Assembly (NCBI RefSeq): GCF_902652985.1
Contig: NC_047021.1
Span: forward strand, 32,860,001-32,924,000
DNA length: 64,000 nucleotides
DNA from: Pecten maximus
Lineage: Eukaryota
Direction of reading: 5' to 3'
Part shown: positions 62,834-64,000 of the stretch, one piece after another
Layout: each line of letters starts with the position of its first letter
How positions within the stretch are numbered: the stretch's first letter is position 1
Program-made: the position numbers and the translations under genes
Notes under the pieces: generated by a model
Database searches by the model: none
What the model saw: only the letters and a program-made list of their open reading frames with translations
Told to the model about the DNA's origin: nothing

Positions 62834-63690
62834 ATGGCGGTTTCTCGTTTGGAGCTGTTGAGGAGAAATCATGTATCATTAGGGTTAAAGCATGATGAAC
62901 TTTGTTGGATCTAAAAGCATAAACATTGATTTAGTCTCAGTAGTAGACAGTTGATACGGATATTTCACAGTGAAGGTTTGTACGGGTATATATATGGACC
63001 AGACGTTAAGGATGTTGTAGATTTTATACAATCTGAACATAAGGGATCAGGAATAATGCATGGATATCACTGGATTTATCAAAAATTGCAAAGTCATGGG
63101 GTCAATGCAAGGCAGAAAGAAGTGGGAATTTTGATCGGTATTTTGGAACCAGAAGTAAGGGAACTTCGCTGAAAACATTAACTCAGGAGACGACTTTATT
63201 GTTCAAAAGAGCTAAATTACATCTGGCATTTTGATGCGTATGACAAGTTCCATGTGGAGTTTGCATCAACGGATGTCTTGATGAATTTTCGGCAAAATAA
63301 TTTCGCTTAACGAATGTCATACAAGTAGTGACCAGAGAGTCATTGTTGGACATTACCTAAAAGCATTACAAAAGCTAGGTAGCTGTCTGTTAATCGTTCG
63401 AGGTGATAGAGGCACAGAAAACAGACATGTTTGCCAGTTCCAACGTTTTCTTCGACGGAATGGCAATGCCAGATTCAATGGAGAAAGTAGCTTTATGTAT
63501 GGACACAGTACTAGCAATCACAGATTTGAAAGCTGGTGGGGGTTCTTGCGGAGAGAATGTAAAGGGTTTTGACTCGCTCCGATTGACCACATGAAAACAG
63601 ATGGCAATTTTGACGGCGGATTTCTCGATAAAAACATTATTTTATTATTTTGTTTTCTGCCACTTATATAAAAAAAATATGTTCGTATAG
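62834..63690 (+). pseudogene. Degraded integrase-core DDE transposase (IS3EU-like eukaryotic DNA transposon)
   Basis: Across stops and frameshifts: SGIMHGYHWIYQKL..LRRRLYCSKELNYIWHFDAYDK..CINGCLDEFS..VRGDRGTEN..FMYGHSTSNHRFESWWGFLRR..LDKNII. Confidence 0.8.
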
Positions 63691-64000
63691 GTAAAAAGTG
63701 TATTTCTCTTCTTCTTCTTCTTGCAGTTATTGGTGAATCGTGTATAGTGGATTTGGCACGATCATGTTACATATATAAAATAGAAAAAAGTAGGTATTAC
63801 TGTAATAGCGAAGTAATTAAATAACCAAACTTTCTCAAATGAAGAGAACGATGAATACAATTTGTGCGTTTAAATATTCTATTCGACTTTGAAGTTCTTG
63901 ATTGACAAATTAACTCGTGTGTGAAGTGTTTTAAGCATCGTTGTAACATTATCAAAACATTTAAAGCGTGGAACCTTTTAACTATTCAGAATGAGCTTGA

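Overview
AT-rich eukaryotic genomic DNA with spliceosomal introns, satellites and MITEs; the repeat and gene content suggests a bivalve mollusc (inference, species not determinable). All gene models were built by hand from splice signals and exon phase. Genes: LSM8 (minus strand, 4 exons, intron 1 is U12-type), head-to-head with MRPL2 (plus strand, 4 exons); an intronless ERCC1 ORF nested on the same strand inside the proposed MRPL2 intron 1; a secreted protein with three chitin-binding-like modules; an intronless 270-aa orphan ORF; and an 11-exon type I membrane sialomucin (D8C domain, mucin stalk, transmembrane helix, podocalyxin/CD34-like tail ending DTRL) carrying a single +1 frameshift. 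The rest is transposon relics (Mutator-like/YqaJ, IS3EU-like, Tc1, CR1-type LINE, tandem TRIM-like array, Helentron-like elements, many MITEs) and several tandem arrays, many with palindromic monomers. No CRISPR array, rRNA or intact tRNA gene was found. Homology statements come from recalled family motifs, not from searches.
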